DNA from: Leptolyngbyaceae cyanobacterium
GTDB lineage: Bacteria > Cyanobacteriota > Cyanobacteriia > Phormidesmidales > Phormidesmidaceae
Reading direction: 5' to 3'
Length of the DNA: 64,000 nucleotides
Assembly (NCBI GenBank): GCA_965263355.1
Contig: CBDHHL010000032.1
Span: 3,296,001-3,360,000 of the forward strand
The notes under the pieces are model-generated. The model was not told where the DNA came from, ran no database searches, and was given only the letters and a program-made list of their open reading frames with translations. The position numbers and the translations under genes were made by a program. Position 1 is the first letter of the stretch, and every line of letters starts with the position of its first letter. Below are positions 50,425 to 61,907 of this stretch, in pieces.

Positions 50425-52197
50425 TTAACGGCTGGCTACCCACTCAGCAACTCCATCTGCAAGGGCTTTCGCCAATTTCTGCTGTTCCTCTGAATCCACA
50501 ATCCACTCAAACTCATAGGGATTGATCATAAACCCCAACTCCAACAACACACTAGGCGTCACACTAGGTCGCGTCAGTGCCAAATTATTCCAATACACTC
50601 CATAAGCTGGCCGATCTAACGTCTCCACCAAATAATTGTGCAAAAACAACGCCAAATCATGGGCCTGGGGATGATACCAAAATGTCCCAATACCCGCCGT
50701 GTTGAGCGCATCACCATTGTCTGGCAACGCATTGTAGTGAAGACTCAAAGCCATGGTAGGTTCTGTTGCCTCAATCACAGCCACCCGATCTCTAGGGTAC
50801 AGATCATCATCGCCTTCCCGCACCATCACAACCGAAGCACCCAGAGCCTGCAACTCATCTTTAACTAACTCAGAAACAAGTAAAACAACATCTTTTTCTG
50901 GATAACCATTGGGTCCACGAGCCCCCAAGTCTTCACTGCTGCCATGGCCTGGATCGATCAGAATTGTTGTTCCCCTTAGTGGCGCAACAGAATCTGAGGT
51001 GTTCACAGTGGGGGGATGCTTTAACGACAGAATCAAATTTGTTCCCTCGTAGCGTAGTTTGTAACCCCACTGTTGGTCTGCTTTAAAGTGAAATCTATAG
51101 GAGGCCTTATCGGGCAAAATCGGCTGCCAGTCCATTCGCTCCACCACCGGATTATCAGAGAAGTAAATGGTGTCGGTCTGGGGTACCGTATTGTGCAAGA
51201 TCAAGGTGAGACTGGTGGTATCTTGTTCCACACTCATGGGCACAGGCACCTGCAGTGGAAAAACAACTTCAGTCCATTCGGGCACCTGACGAGAACTCAC
51301 CCCACGAATTGTTGTTGTTGGCGGAATCGGACTCGGGGTTATCTCGACTTCTGCCGCCTTAATCCAGGCACCGTAGTCTAGTCGGACCCAGTCACCGTCA
51401 CGACCAGTAACCGCCGCACGGGTGCCTTTAGGCAGGGGCGTCAGCCGAGAATAGTTAGTACTCGGCCCAGTCCGAGCAATGCCAGAATCAACGGTGACTT
51501 CTGCCACTTGAAAGGTAGTTGGTGACAGAATTTCGATGGGGCCACTGCCTGCTTGACTAACGGTTTGGCCATTGAGGGTTAACCGAAACTCAGGGGTGCC
51601 AAAATTACCGGGCTGGTTAAACGTGGCACAGCCGCCATACTGGGTAGCACGCAAGGCATAGGGGTCAGTTTGCTCTGTCAGGACAGCATAGTTGGGGGGT
51701 AGCTCAATGCTACTGGGCTGAGGGCTGAGGCGAATGGTCTGACTAGCTAAGGCCACCACTACATCGGCCTGAGGTGGCGCAACGGCTCCAAAACAGATCA
51801 ATTCCCCTGACTGACGGGCCAGACTGCTGTCAGGCTCTAGGGTGCCCTCGGCAAAGGCAACACCATTGGGCTGGGGGGGCTCTAATGAATCACGGGTAAT
51901 GTTAAAGGTAATGGTCTCGCTACCTTGGGTAATGGTGAACTGATTTTGCCCAAGGGAAAGGGGAAAGGTGGGGGCAAAGTGTCCGGCAGAACTGCGGTCT
52001 GTAATAGGGCTGCCGTTAATGAGCACATCACTGCCAGGGTCACCGGTACCAATAAAGAAAATACGGTCTGATACGGTGGTGTGGTTGGTAGGGGGGTAAG
52101 CGACAAACAGTTCAGCCACGGCAGGATTTATGACTACAAACGAATAGGCCATTGCAGGTGCAAATGCACCGAGAAACAGACGCCACCGATTTGCCAT
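50425..52197 (-). CDS. N-acetylmuramoyl-L-alanine amidase (Amidase_3) with SH3-like domain
   Basis: ILIDPGHG, EKDV, LSLHYNA, PSVLLELGFM; ARTGPSTNY SH3-like segment; signal peptide. Confidence 0.92.
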   Translation of the reverse strand: MANRWRLFLGAFAPAMAYSFVVINPAVAELFVAYPPTNHTTVSDRIFFIGTGDPGSDVLINGSPITDRSSAGHFAPTFPLSLGQNQFTITQGSETITFNITRDSLEPPQPNGVAFAEGTLEPDSSLARQSGELICFGAVAPPQADVVVALASQTIRLSPQPSSIELPPNYAVLTEQTDPYALRATQYGGCATFNQPGNFGTPEFRLTLNGQTVSQAGSGPIEILSPTTFQVAEVTVDSGIARTGPSTNYSRLTPLPKGTRAAVTGRDGDWVRLDYGAWIKAAEVEITPSPIPPTTTIRGVSSRQVPEWTEVVFPLQVPVPMSVEQDTTSLTLILHNTVPQTDTIYFSDNPVVERMDWQPILPDKASYRFHFKADQQWGYKLRYEGTNLILSLKHPPTVNTSDSVAPLRGTTILIDPGHGSSEDLGARGPNGYPEKDVVLLVSELVKDELQALGASVVMVREGDDDLYPRDRVAVIEATEPTMALSLHYNALPDNGDALNTAGIGTFWYHPQAHDLALFLHNYLVETLDRPAYGVYWNNLALTRPSVTPSVLLELGFMINPYEFEWIVDSEEQQKLAKALADGVAEWVASR

Positions 52198-52271
52198 GGT
52201 ATTAACCTCAACTGACACTTACGGGCGAAATTATAGCGATTCTCGGTTGAGATGAATATGGTGTCCGGTTA

Positions 52272-52311
52272 TGTCCTGTATGGGTATTGCATGCAACGCC
52301 GCTACAGGACA
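52272..52311. repeat. REP-like imperfect palindrome
   Basis: tgtcctgta-tgggtattgcatgcaacgccgc-tacaggaca, with the same TTGCATGCAA centre as 41719. Confidence 0.6.
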
Positions 52312-52414
52312 CCAGGTGATGACAGTTTGAAAGGATTCAATGCTTTTTCCCTCTCGTTGAGAAAATAATCCGCCTTTCTAACCCTGTGGCACAATTAACG
52401 GGTTCTATATGTGA

Positions 52415-54136
<1,722 letters not shown>

Positions 54137-54250
54137 AACATCACTGGGATGCCATAGGCCATTGATTCAGTTATCACCAAACCAAAGGCTCCCGCCAATT
54201 AACCAGCAAAGCTGAGGCAGAGAAGGACTCAGTCATTTCAGGACAGAAAC

Positions 54251-54580
54251 TCAATTCAAGTCCTTTAGGATAGGCATCTCGTAGGTGCGTTTTTCATAGG
54301 CACGACAGCCTTCACATGGCCCCGTAGGATTAACAGCACAGCGAATATGAGGAGAACGGGCATTGAGCTGACAGGTAATATCACCAATGACTAACCCCAT
54401 GCCTTCAATATAGTGTTCATCCGGATCACGCCGCCGCCATGAATTCACAGCAGGATAATGGCCAGACTCCATCGCCAAATCAAACCGCTCAACGACCCGG
54501 CGTTCAGCTCGATACGTTGCCCAGACCGACAAAACCGGTGGCAACAAGCCGATCAGAATCAAAAACACCACAATGAGCAT
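54251..54580 (-). CDS. DUF6464 family protein
   Basis: IGDITCQLNARSPHIRCAVNPTGPCEGC. Confidence 0.8.
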   Translation of the reverse strand: MLIVVFLILIGLLPPVLSVWATYRAERRVVERFDLAMESGHYPAVNSWRRRDPDEHYIEGMGLVIGDITCQLNARSPHIRCAVNPTGPCEGCRAYEKRTYEMPILKDLN

Positions 54581-54679
54581 GTTGAGCGTTTGGTTAAATT
54601 AGCCATTGTGATCGTACCGCAGGTTTTTGGCAGGGCAGATGTAGATTTGTAGAAGACACGACCGTAGGGTAGGCAAGGC

Positions 54680-56479
54680 CTATTCCTCACTTTTTTCCTT
54701 TGGTTTATAGGTGGATTTTACCTGTAATTCTTTTAGCTGGCGCTCGTCTACTTTAGAGGGGGCTTGGGTGAGCAGACACCGAGCTTGCTGGGTTTTAGGG
54801 AATGCGATCGCATCACGGATAGAGCTTTCCTCAGCCATCAGCATCACCAATCGGTCTAGACCAAAGGCAATCCCTCCGTGGGGAGGAGCCCCAAAGTCGA
54901 AGGCATCAATAAAGAAACCAAACTTATCACGGGCTTCTTCATCGCTTAGGCCAATGGTTTGAAACACCTTGGTCTGGACATCGGGCTGATAAATGCGTAG
55001 GCTCCCCCCCCCAATCTCATACCCATTAAGTACTAGGTCATAGGCTACCGCCCTGGCAGTAGTGAGGTCTTCAATGTCCTCAGGATTAGGAGCTGTAAAG
55101 GGATGGTGCAATGCCTCATAGCGATTTTCATCAGCATTCCACTCAAACATGGGAAAGTCGGTCACCCACAGAAAATTGAGTTTATCGTTATCGATCAGCT
55201 CTAATTCCGCTGCAATTGCCTGACGTACCTTATCTAAGGCAGCATTGACAGTAGCCGTGGGGCCAGCCCCAAAGAGTAGCAAGTGCCCAGCCTCAGCTCC
55301 CGTACGTTCTAGCAACGTTTGTTTTTGTTCGTCGCTAAGGTTGTCCTTAATGGCTCCAATTGTGTCGATTTCGCCGCCGTCACGCACACGGATATACGCC
55401 AACCCCTTAGCCCCAGCATCGGTGGCGACCTTAAAGACATCCCCACCGGGTTTAATGCGCACATTGGAAATAGCGTCATTACCACCAGGAATTGGCAAGA
55501 CTTTTACCTGACCGCCCGCTTTAACTGAACCAGAGAACACCTTAAACCCAGAGTCTTTGACAATATCAGACACCTCCACCAGCTCTAAACCATAACGGGT
55601 ATCTGGCTTATCACTACCATAGCGAGCCATCGCCTCAGCGTAAGTCATACGCGGAAAGGGTAGTGGTAGGTCAATGCCCTTTACAGCTTTAAAAATATGG
55701 GCCACCAGACTTTCATTGAGCGCCAGGATCTCTTCTTGATCCATAAAGCTCATTTCCATATCTAGCTGGGTGAATTCCGGCTGACGGTCAGCTCGCAGGT
55801 CTTCATCTCGGAAGCAGCGTGCAATCTGATAATAGCGATCCATGCCCGCCACCATCAGCAGCTGCTTAAACAGTTGGGGTGATTGGGGCAAGGCATACCA
55901 TTCACCAGGGTTAACCCGTGATGGCAATACGTAGTCCCGCGCACCTTCTGGGGTAGAGCGAGTTAAGACTGGCGTTTCAACCTCGATAAAGCCTTCCTGG
56001 TCTTCGAGAAAACGACGGATCGCCTTCATCACTTCATGGCGCAAACGAATATTGCGACCCATACGTTCACGGCGCAAATCCAAATAGCGATACTTGAGGC
56101 GTAAATCTTCTCGCACATTTTCCTCTTCTGCCGTCGAAATCTGAAACGGCAGTTGACTGCGCACGGCACTCAGCAATTCAATACTGTCCGCATAAATTTC
56201 TACCTGTCCCGTCGGCAAGTTAGGGTTTAATGACTCTGGTGGTCGCTGACTAACCCGCCCTTCAATTTTGACGACATATTCATTGCGGACTTGATCAGCC
56301 ACCGGATAGGACGTTGGTGTGCGTTCAGGGTCGCTGACAATTTGCACCACACCGTCGCGATCGCGCAAATCTAGAAAAATCACACCACCATGATCCCGGC
56401 GGCGATCGACCCAGCCAAAGAGAGTAACGGTCTTATCAATATGCTCAGCTCGCAGTTGACCGCAATATAAGGTACGCAT
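54680..56479 (-). CDS. aspS: Aspartate--tRNA ligase
   Basis: [49 protein letters not shown]. Confidence 0.98.
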   Translation of the reverse strand: MRTLYCGQLRAEHIDKTVTLFGWVDRRRDHGGVIFLDLRDRDGVVQIVSDPERTPTSYPVADQVRNEYVVKIEGRVSQRPPESLNPNLPTGQVEIYADSIELLSAVRSQLPFQISTAEEENVREDLRLKYRYLDLRRERMGRNIRLRHEVMKAIRRFLEDQEGFIEVETPVLTRSTPEGARDYVLPSRVNPGEWYALPQSPQLFKQLLMVAGMDRYYQIARCFRDEDLRADRQPEFTQLDMEMSFMDQEEILALNESLVAHIFKAVKGIDLPLPFPRMTYAEAMARYGSDKPDTRYGLELVEVSDIVKDSGFKVFSGSVKAGGQVKVLPIPGGNDAISNVRIKPGGDVFKVATDAGAKGLAYIRVRDGGEIDTIGAIKDNLSDEQKQTLLERTGAEAGHLLLFGAGPTATVNAALDKVRQAIAAELELIDNDKLNFLWVTDFPMFEWNADENRYEALHHPFTAPNPEDIEDLTTARAVAYDLVLNGYEIGGGSLRIYQPDVQTKVFQTIGLSDEEARDKFGFFIDAFDFGAPPHGGIAFGLDRLVMLMAEESSIRDAIAFPKTQQARCLLTQAPSKVDERQLKELQVKSTYKPKEKSEE

Positions 56480-56548
56480 GGATAAGGAAGAGTATGATTT
56501 TTCTTAGGGTTCAACAAATCCTACCCATTATCCAAGATCGTCAGGTAG

Positions 56549-56651
56549 TTTTGAAGTTTGAATTGTGAGTTTTGAATTAAGTACCTCTAGCTTGCTAAAG
56601 CAAGCCCAGTCGCAGCAACTCAAAACTCAAACCTTAAAATTCAAACTTCAA
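56549..56651. repeat. Inverted arrays of TTTTGAA-like heptamers (STRR-type)
   Basis: ttttgaa gtttgaa ttgtgag ttttgaa ... ctcaaaa ctcaaac cttaaaa ttcaaac ttcaa. Confidence 0.7.
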
Positions 56652-56681
56652 CCCAAAAAAGTATCCTTTTCCGTAAGCAAA

Positions 56682-57710
56682 CTACCGAACGACTTCCTGT
56701 CTGCGTAATATATCTGACAGCATTGATGCTGGCTGCTGCTGGTGAGGCCAAGCAAAGGCATGGCGAAACGCAGCTTCTTGACAAGCCCTTAACCCATCAA
56801 AGCCAATCACATCTTGAGTAAGCAGGTTTTCATACTCAAAAGGCAAGCGCACATTGTGTAAGCCAGCATTGTCTGTGCAAATAGCGATATCTACACCAGC
56901 ATCAAAACAGCGGCTAAAAACCTCCTTGAGCTGGCTAATCTCATCTAAGGTGCCCGTCTGTAAATACGTCGTTGGACAAACCTCTAAACACTGACCACGG
57001 GCGGCCACATCTTTCAAAAGTTCTGGGTAATGCAGCGGGATCTGAATGCCATGGCCAATTCGCATTAGATAGGGCAATAACTCCGGATAGCAACCATTGA
57101 GGGTTTCATACAAATGGCCGGTGGTCTTAATCCCCAGCGACTGAGCATAGCGATAAAGCTGAATAATCTCGTCCAGCTTGTCTCGATAGGCTGCATCGCC
57201 ACCCGCAATATCAACAGCACATACATAGTCTGGGTATTGAGCAGCCAGATCGACAGTAGCCCGATTAACTTCGTAGGGCAAACGAGAATGCATACACAGA
57301 ATTTGTCGAGTCACCACCGGATATTCGGTTTGCTCGCTGGCCCGCCCTACAATTTCAACGACCTCAGCCATCATATCTATCCGCTCATGCTCACTTAGGC
57401 CATGGGGAGTTCGATAAAACGGGGTATATCGTAATTCCAGATAGGCCAAATTCTCAAAAATATAGGCCCCGCGAATTAGACGATAGATAAAGTAAGGCAG
57501 CGCTTCTCTAGTTTGAACGCTTTCCACCAAAGTGTGCAGCTCTAAGTACTCTTCTAGCGAATCCTTAGGCTGAATATAAAACTGCTCAAAGTCGAAGTAA
57601 TCGTTGAAACGCTCCGCTAAATCAGGACGATTTCGCTGAAAGTAGCGCCATAGGATCCTGGGTACGACAGAGCCCCCCAGGTGGCGATGGAGTTCTGCAT
57701 AAAGACTCAT
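56682..57710 (-). CDS. Adenosine/adenine deaminase family protein
   Basis: ELHRHLGGS, YLELRYTP, TGHLYE, RIGHG, EVCPT, CTDN. Confidence 0.88.
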   Translation of the reverse strand: MSLYAELHRHLGGSVVPRILWRYFQRNRPDLAERFNDYFDFEQFYIQPKDSLEEYLELHTLVESVQTREALPYFIYRLIRGAYIFENLAYLELRYTPFYRTPHGLSEHERIDMMAEVVEIVGRASEQTEYPVVTRQILCMHSRLPYEVNRATVDLAAQYPDYVCAVDIAGGDAAYRDKLDEIIQLYRYAQSLGIKTTGHLYETLNGCYPELLPYLMRIGHGIQIPLHYPELLKDVAARGQCLEVCPTTYLQTGTLDEISQLKEVFSRCFDAGVDIAICTDNAGLHNVRLPFEYENLLTQDVIGFDGLRACQEAAFRHAFAWPHQQQPASMLSDILRRQEVVR

Positions 57711-58088
57711 AATGCCTCTAGGTTTGAGTGGATTAATGAAGAATATTTGATTTGTCTTAATGAGTGCCCGGAATAATCATCGAAGTAATATCCAACTTAT
57801 CGAAAGTACGTGGGTACCTGACTAATTAAACCGCCGAAACAAAAATTAAAAAAGTGTGAAATGCCTATTAAACTAAGTTTTACATCAGGATTTAATTTTT
57901 TGCCTAAAAAAATCTTCAAAACCCTGAGGAGCTTAAACTTTAGTTAACCTATGATTGTCAAGAAATCTGCACCAAAGTCAGCAAATCAGCGTTTGATTAT
58001 AAACAAGGTTTAGGTGGCATTTGTTGACACTAGCTACCTTGCCTAATCATAATTGTGATTTGTTTGAACTCTAACGCGCAAAATTCCC

Positions 58089-59426
58089 TTGGCAAACGTT
58101 ATCGTAATTGGTGCCCAATGGGGCGATGAAGGTAAAGGAAAAATCACTGATCTGCTTAGCAAATCGGCGGATGTGGTTGTTCGTTATCAAGGTGGTGTCA
58201 ATGCGGGCCACACTGTTGTTGTAAAAGATCAGACCTTTAAGCTGCACTTGATCCCGTCGGGCATCTTGTACCGTGATACGGAATGTTTGATTGGTAGTGG
58301 CACGGTGATCGACCCTAAGGAGTTGATCGCTGAACTCGACAAGCTAGATGGCTTGGGAGTTTCCAGTAAGAATCTCTTTATTTCTGAAACTGCCCATGTG
58401 ACCATGCCTTACCATCGCCTGATCGATCAGGCGTCAGAGGAACGTCGAGGAAATAAAAAGCTCGGCACCACTAAGCGTGGCATTGGCCCCACCTATGCCG
58501 ATAAATCTGAGCGTACAGGCCTGCGCATTTGCGATTTGATGAATTTGTCGACGTTTCGGGAGCAATTAGAGTGGACCATCAGCTATAAGAATATAGTTTT
58601 AGAAAAGCTTTACAATCTTCCCGCCCTTGATGCTGAGGCGGTGTATCAGGAATATGAAGCCTATGCTGAGCGGCTGCGCCCCCACGTTGTAGATAGCTCA
58701 CTGCATATATACAACGCCTTACAAAAGCGCAAAAACGTATTGTTTGAAGGGGCTCAGGGGACCCTTTTAGATCTTGACCACGGGACATACCCCTACGTAA
58801 CATCATCGAATCCGGTAGCAGGCGGAGCTTGCATTGGGTCTGGCATTGGTCCCACCGCTGTTGATCGGGTGATTGGTGTGGCTAAGGCGTATACCACTCG
58901 TGTTGGTGAAGGCCCATTTCCTACTGAACTATTTGATGATATGGGTAATGCCCTATGCATGCGTGGAGCTGAGTTTGGCACAACCACTGGCCGACAACGT
59001 CGCTGTGGCTGGTTTGATGCGGTAATCGGTCGCTATGCTGTGCGAATTAATGGTTTAGATTGTCTAGCCATCACCAAGCTAGACGTCTTGGATGAGATGG
59101 ATGAAATTAAAGTTTGTGTAGCCTATGAGCTAGATGGTAAGCGCTGCCATGATCTGCCGGGCAGTGCCAGCCTGTTTTCACGGTGCCAGCCCGTTTACGA
59201 AGTGATGCCAGGTTGGAAGCAATCAACGGCTAACTGTCGTAAACTAGAAGACCTGCCTAAACAGGCCCTTGATTATCTAGAGTTTTTGGCCAAGCTGATG
59301 GAAGTTCCCATTGCCATTGTTTCCTTGGGAGCTAGTCGCGATCAGACGATTATCGTGGAAGACCCTATCCATGGTCCAAAGCGTGCTTTGCTCTATGAGA
59401 ATGGTGGAGCCTTTAAGGTCGCTTAG
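58089..59426 (+). CDS. purA: Adenylosuccinate synthase
   Basis: [43 protein letters not shown] start. Confidence 0.98.
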   Translation: MANVIVIGAQWGDEGKGKITDLLSKSADVVVRYQGGVNAGHTVVVKDQTFKLHLIPSGILYRDTECLIGSGTVIDPKELIAELDKLDGLGVSSKNLFISETAHVTMPYHRLIDQASEERRGNKKLGTTKRGIGPTYADKSERTGLRICDLMNLSTFREQLEWTISYKNIVLEKLYNLPALDAEAVYQEYEAYAERLRPHVVDSSLHIYNALQKRKNVLFEGAQGTLLDLDHGTYPYVTSSNPVAGGACIGSGIGPTAVDRVIGVAKAYTTRVGEGPFPTELFDDMGNALCMRGAEFGTTTGRQRRCGWFDAVIGRYAVRINGLDCLAITKLDVLDEMDEIKVCVAYELDGKRCHDLPGSASLFSRCQPVYEVMPGWKQSTANCRKLEDLPKQALDYLEFLAKLMEVPIAIVSLGASRDQTIIVEDPIHGPKRALLYENGGAFKVA

Positions 59427-59586
59427 ATGACTGCAGCCTCAGACCTTAGGCTGATGCAGCATTATTCCCAGGGCATGTCTCCTGAAATGCTGGGGAGCAA
59501 AATTTTCAGCCAGTGCGAACTGAATTGGCACTGGCTGACAGCAGATAACATTTGACAAAAAGTATTTTAGTGATTGGACAATTGCA

Positions 59587-59877
59587 ATGGAACTAACTCT
59601 CGACTGTAGCAAACGCGCTGATACTGAAAAACCTAGAGCATTGCGCCGTGAGGGTGTCATGCCTGCTGTACTTTATGGCCATGATGGGACTAACTCAGTC
59701 TCGCTCAAGGCTAACACTCGCGCAGTCGAAGCTTTGCTGCGTCAGGCTAAAGGGCAGAAGGTTGAAGTCAACCTGAATGTGGCAGACATGCCCTGGAACG
59801 GCAAGGTTGTTTTGCAGGAAGTGCAAAATCATCCTTGGAAAAATGAGGTTTATCACATTAGCTTTTGGGCCCAGTAA
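59587..59877 (+). CDS. rplY: 50S ribosomal protein L25 (short form)
   Basis: KPRALRREGVMPAVLYG...LQEVQNHPWKNEVYHISF. Confidence 0.92.
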   Translation: MELTLDCSKRADTEKPRALRREGVMPAVLYGHDGTNSVSLKANTRAVEALLRQAKGQKVEVNLNVADMPWNGKVVLQEVQNHPWKNEVYHISFWAQ

Positions 59878-59900
59878 CACCGCTTGAAGGCAAAGCTACC

Positions 59901-59935
59901 AAAAGCCCCGGTTTCTTAGAGAAATCGGGGCTTTT
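59901..59935 (+). terminator. Intrinsic terminator after rplY
   Basis: aaaagccccggtttct-tag-agaaatcggggctttt. Confidence 0.8.
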
Positions 59936-60008
59936 AAAGAAGCCAGGGCTTTTTTGGAAAATTCGTATAGTATAGGCGTTAGCCATTCAGCCATGGTCTG
60001 CAACGAAT

Positions 60009-60305
60009 ATGAAAGCGTCAAAACCCGTCATCAATGACATGACCGACTTGATAGTACCAGCTGCACTACGGATTTGGCTGGTATTCCTTTTGCTGTTTGC
60101 CTTATTGGGATATTCGGTAACAGCCAGTATTTTATTTGGAGCCATGGGCGGTTTTGCTGGTGGGCTGATTTCTGCGTGGTGGGATGCTCCGGGTGGAGAA
60201 CCTGTACCTAAAACCAATGATCAGTCTGGTTCATCTTCTATGCTGCAGTTGCCCAAGTGGCGGTGGCGGACCGAAAGACGTAGTTTACGACGGCGACAGC
60301 GTTAA
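60009..60305 (+). CDS. Small hypothetical membrane protein
   Basis: Two hydrophobic helices, FGAMGGFAGG, R-rich tail. Confidence 0.65.
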   Translation: MKASKPVINDMTDLIVPAALRIWLVFLLLFALLGYSVTASILFGAMGGFAGGLISAWWDAPGGEPVPKTNDQSGSSSMLQLPKWRWRTERRSLRRRQR

Positions 60306-60376
60306 GCCATATTGCAGTCATGAGCACTCATTCTCCTCTATAGAAAAATTACTGCTCTGACGATGAACAAGGTTGA
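60303..60376 (-). repeat. ~73-bp dispersed repeat, degenerate copy 5
   Basis: Reverse complement tcaaccttgttcatcgtcag...tttttctataga...atatggctta keeps both ends of the consensus. Confidence 0.45.
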
Positions 60377-60391
60377 GGATAAACTATCGGC

Positions 60392-61186
60392 ATGTTTTTC
60401 TTTTTATCGAAGTTCCTACCGTTACTGATTTATCCATTGGGGCTGAGCTGTTTGCTTTTATTGCTAGCGATGACTTGGTTATGGAAGTTTCCCCGTCGCT
60501 CTTTGATCGCGATCGCAACCGCCCTTCTCATTATTTTTTGCAGCAGTAATCCTCTGATTGCCACCGCATTCGTTAAAACCCTAGAGTGGCAATATTTACC
60601 CCCTGATCCGATACCGGCTGCGGAAGCCATTGTTGTACTGGGGGGGAGTACTCGCCCCCAGTCCCCACCCCGTCCATGGATCGAAGTGTTAGAAGCAGGC
60701 GATCGCGTTTTATATGGCGTCAAGCTTTATCAAGACGGTCTTGCCCCCTTAATTTTATTTAGTGGTGGCCGCATCTATTGGGAAAAAGGTAAAAGCGGAT
60801 CAGAAGCCAAAGATATGGCTGAAATCGCTCAGGCAATGGGCGTACCTGAGCGAAATATTTTGCTAGAGAATGAATCGCTCAATACCTATCAGAATGCTGT
60901 AGAAACAGCCAAAATTCTCAAGCAAAGACAGATTACTACGATTTTGCTAGTGACATCCGCCATACACATGCCTCGCTCCGTGGCCATCTTTAAAAAACAA
61001 GGCTTTAATGTCACAGCCACCCCTACCGACTATTGGGTTGCCCAGGAATTTTTAGAACAAATGCGCGGGGTTTCCTGGGGAACATTTTTTAATGTCTTAC
61101 CCAACACCGAAGCCCTAGACTTTTTTACAAGAGCCCTTAAAGAATATATCGGTCTGGGCATTTATCGTTTAAGAGGCTGGTTATAG
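60392..61186 (+). CDS. YdcF/DUF218 family protein
   Basis: AIVVLGG, ILFSGG, SEA, ESLNTYQNA, LVTSAIHMPRS, ALKEYIG. Confidence 0.9.
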   Translation: MFFFLSKFLPLLIYPLGLSCLLLLLAMTWLWKFPRRSLIAIATALLIIFCSSNPLIATAFVKTLEWQYLPPDPIPAAEAIVVLGGSTRPQSPPRPWIEVLEAGDRVLYGVKLYQDGLAPLILFSGGRIYWEKGKSGSEAKDMAEIAQAMGVPERNILLENESLNTYQNAVETAKILKQRQITTILLVTSAIHMPRSVAIFKKQGFNVTATPTDYWVAQEFLEQMRGVSWGTFFNVLPNTEALDFFTRALKEYIGLGIYRLRGWL

Positions 61187-61211
61187 TGGGGCTAGTGATA
61201 AGTTTTTAACC

Positions 61212-61430
61212 ATGCTCCAACGCTCCCTTGAACCTTCTTCGAGCAATATTGGTGAAACCATCAAACTGCAGCAAATTGCCTATGAGTTTCGGCAAGAAGT
61301 TCAATATCGTCATGACTTCGAAGACTACTGCCAATGGTATTATGCAACCACTGCAAAACACCAAGCAGAACTCGCTGCGATGAAAAATGATATTCCCTTA
61401 TTTGGCTGGTTCTGTCGCAGTAGATCTTAA
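61212..61430 (+). CDS. Small conserved hypothetical protein
   Basis: AYEFRQEVQYRHDFEDYCQWYY.TT.KH..EL..M..DI..FGWF. Confidence 0.7.
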   Translation: MLQRSLEPSSSNIGETIKLQQIAYEFRQEVQYRHDFEDYCQWYYATTAKHQAELAAMKNDIPLFGWFCRSRS

Positions 61431-61501
61431 AGCACGTCCAAGTTAAAGCCTGTTGTTTCCTCTACGGTAAAACTACGCTTCTGGACGTGCACAAGGGTTT
61501 A
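61428..61501 (-). repeat. ~73-bp dispersed hairpin repeat, copy 6 (fills the convergent intergenic space)
   Basis: Reverse complement taaacccttgtgcacgtccagaagcgtagttttaccgtagaggaaacaacaggctttaacttggacgtgcttta. Confidence 0.75.
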
Positions 61502-61741
61502 AATTATTTCCAACTCAGTATTGGCAAGGTGCACCTTAAATGGCTTTTTTGCACCTTCCACTTGAAACTCAACAACAACTGGAAAGTTAGGGCTAATGGG
61601 ACGTCCCTTCCAGTCAGTTAAAATAGTTTTAATTGTTCCTTCCATTCCCTCAGCATTATGGGGCTGGTTCCGATGTTTGGGATGGTGAAATAAAACAATA
61701 GGTGCAGAAATCCTTACACGATCACCAGCTTTCATAGGCAT
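61499..61741 (-). CDS. ftrV: Ferredoxin-thioredoxin reductase variable chain
   Basis: MKAGDRVRI...FHHPKHRNQP....GMEG......WKGRPISPNFP..VEF...FKVHL...ELE. Confidence 0.9.
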   Translation of the reverse strand: MPMKAGDRVRISAPIVLFHHPKHRNQPHNAEGMEGTIKTILTDWKGRPISPNFPVVVEFQVEGAKKPFKVHLANTELEII

Positions 61742-61835
61742 TTAATCATCTACACATCGAAAATTCGTGAGCTTACTGTGCAACTGCGCAAATTAAGCTA
61801 CTCTCTTCATTATTTTCTCACAAGATAGGATTATA

Positions 61836-61875
61836 AATCCGACTTTAACAACAAGATAGTTGTTAAAGTCGGATT
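61836..61875. terminator. 17-bp-stem hairpin downstream of the PP2C gene
   Basis: aatccgactttaacaac-aagata-gttgttaaagtcggatt. Confidence 0.6.
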
Positions 61876-61907
61876 AGTACTTGAGGCTAGCATTTATAGG
61901 AACTTTA

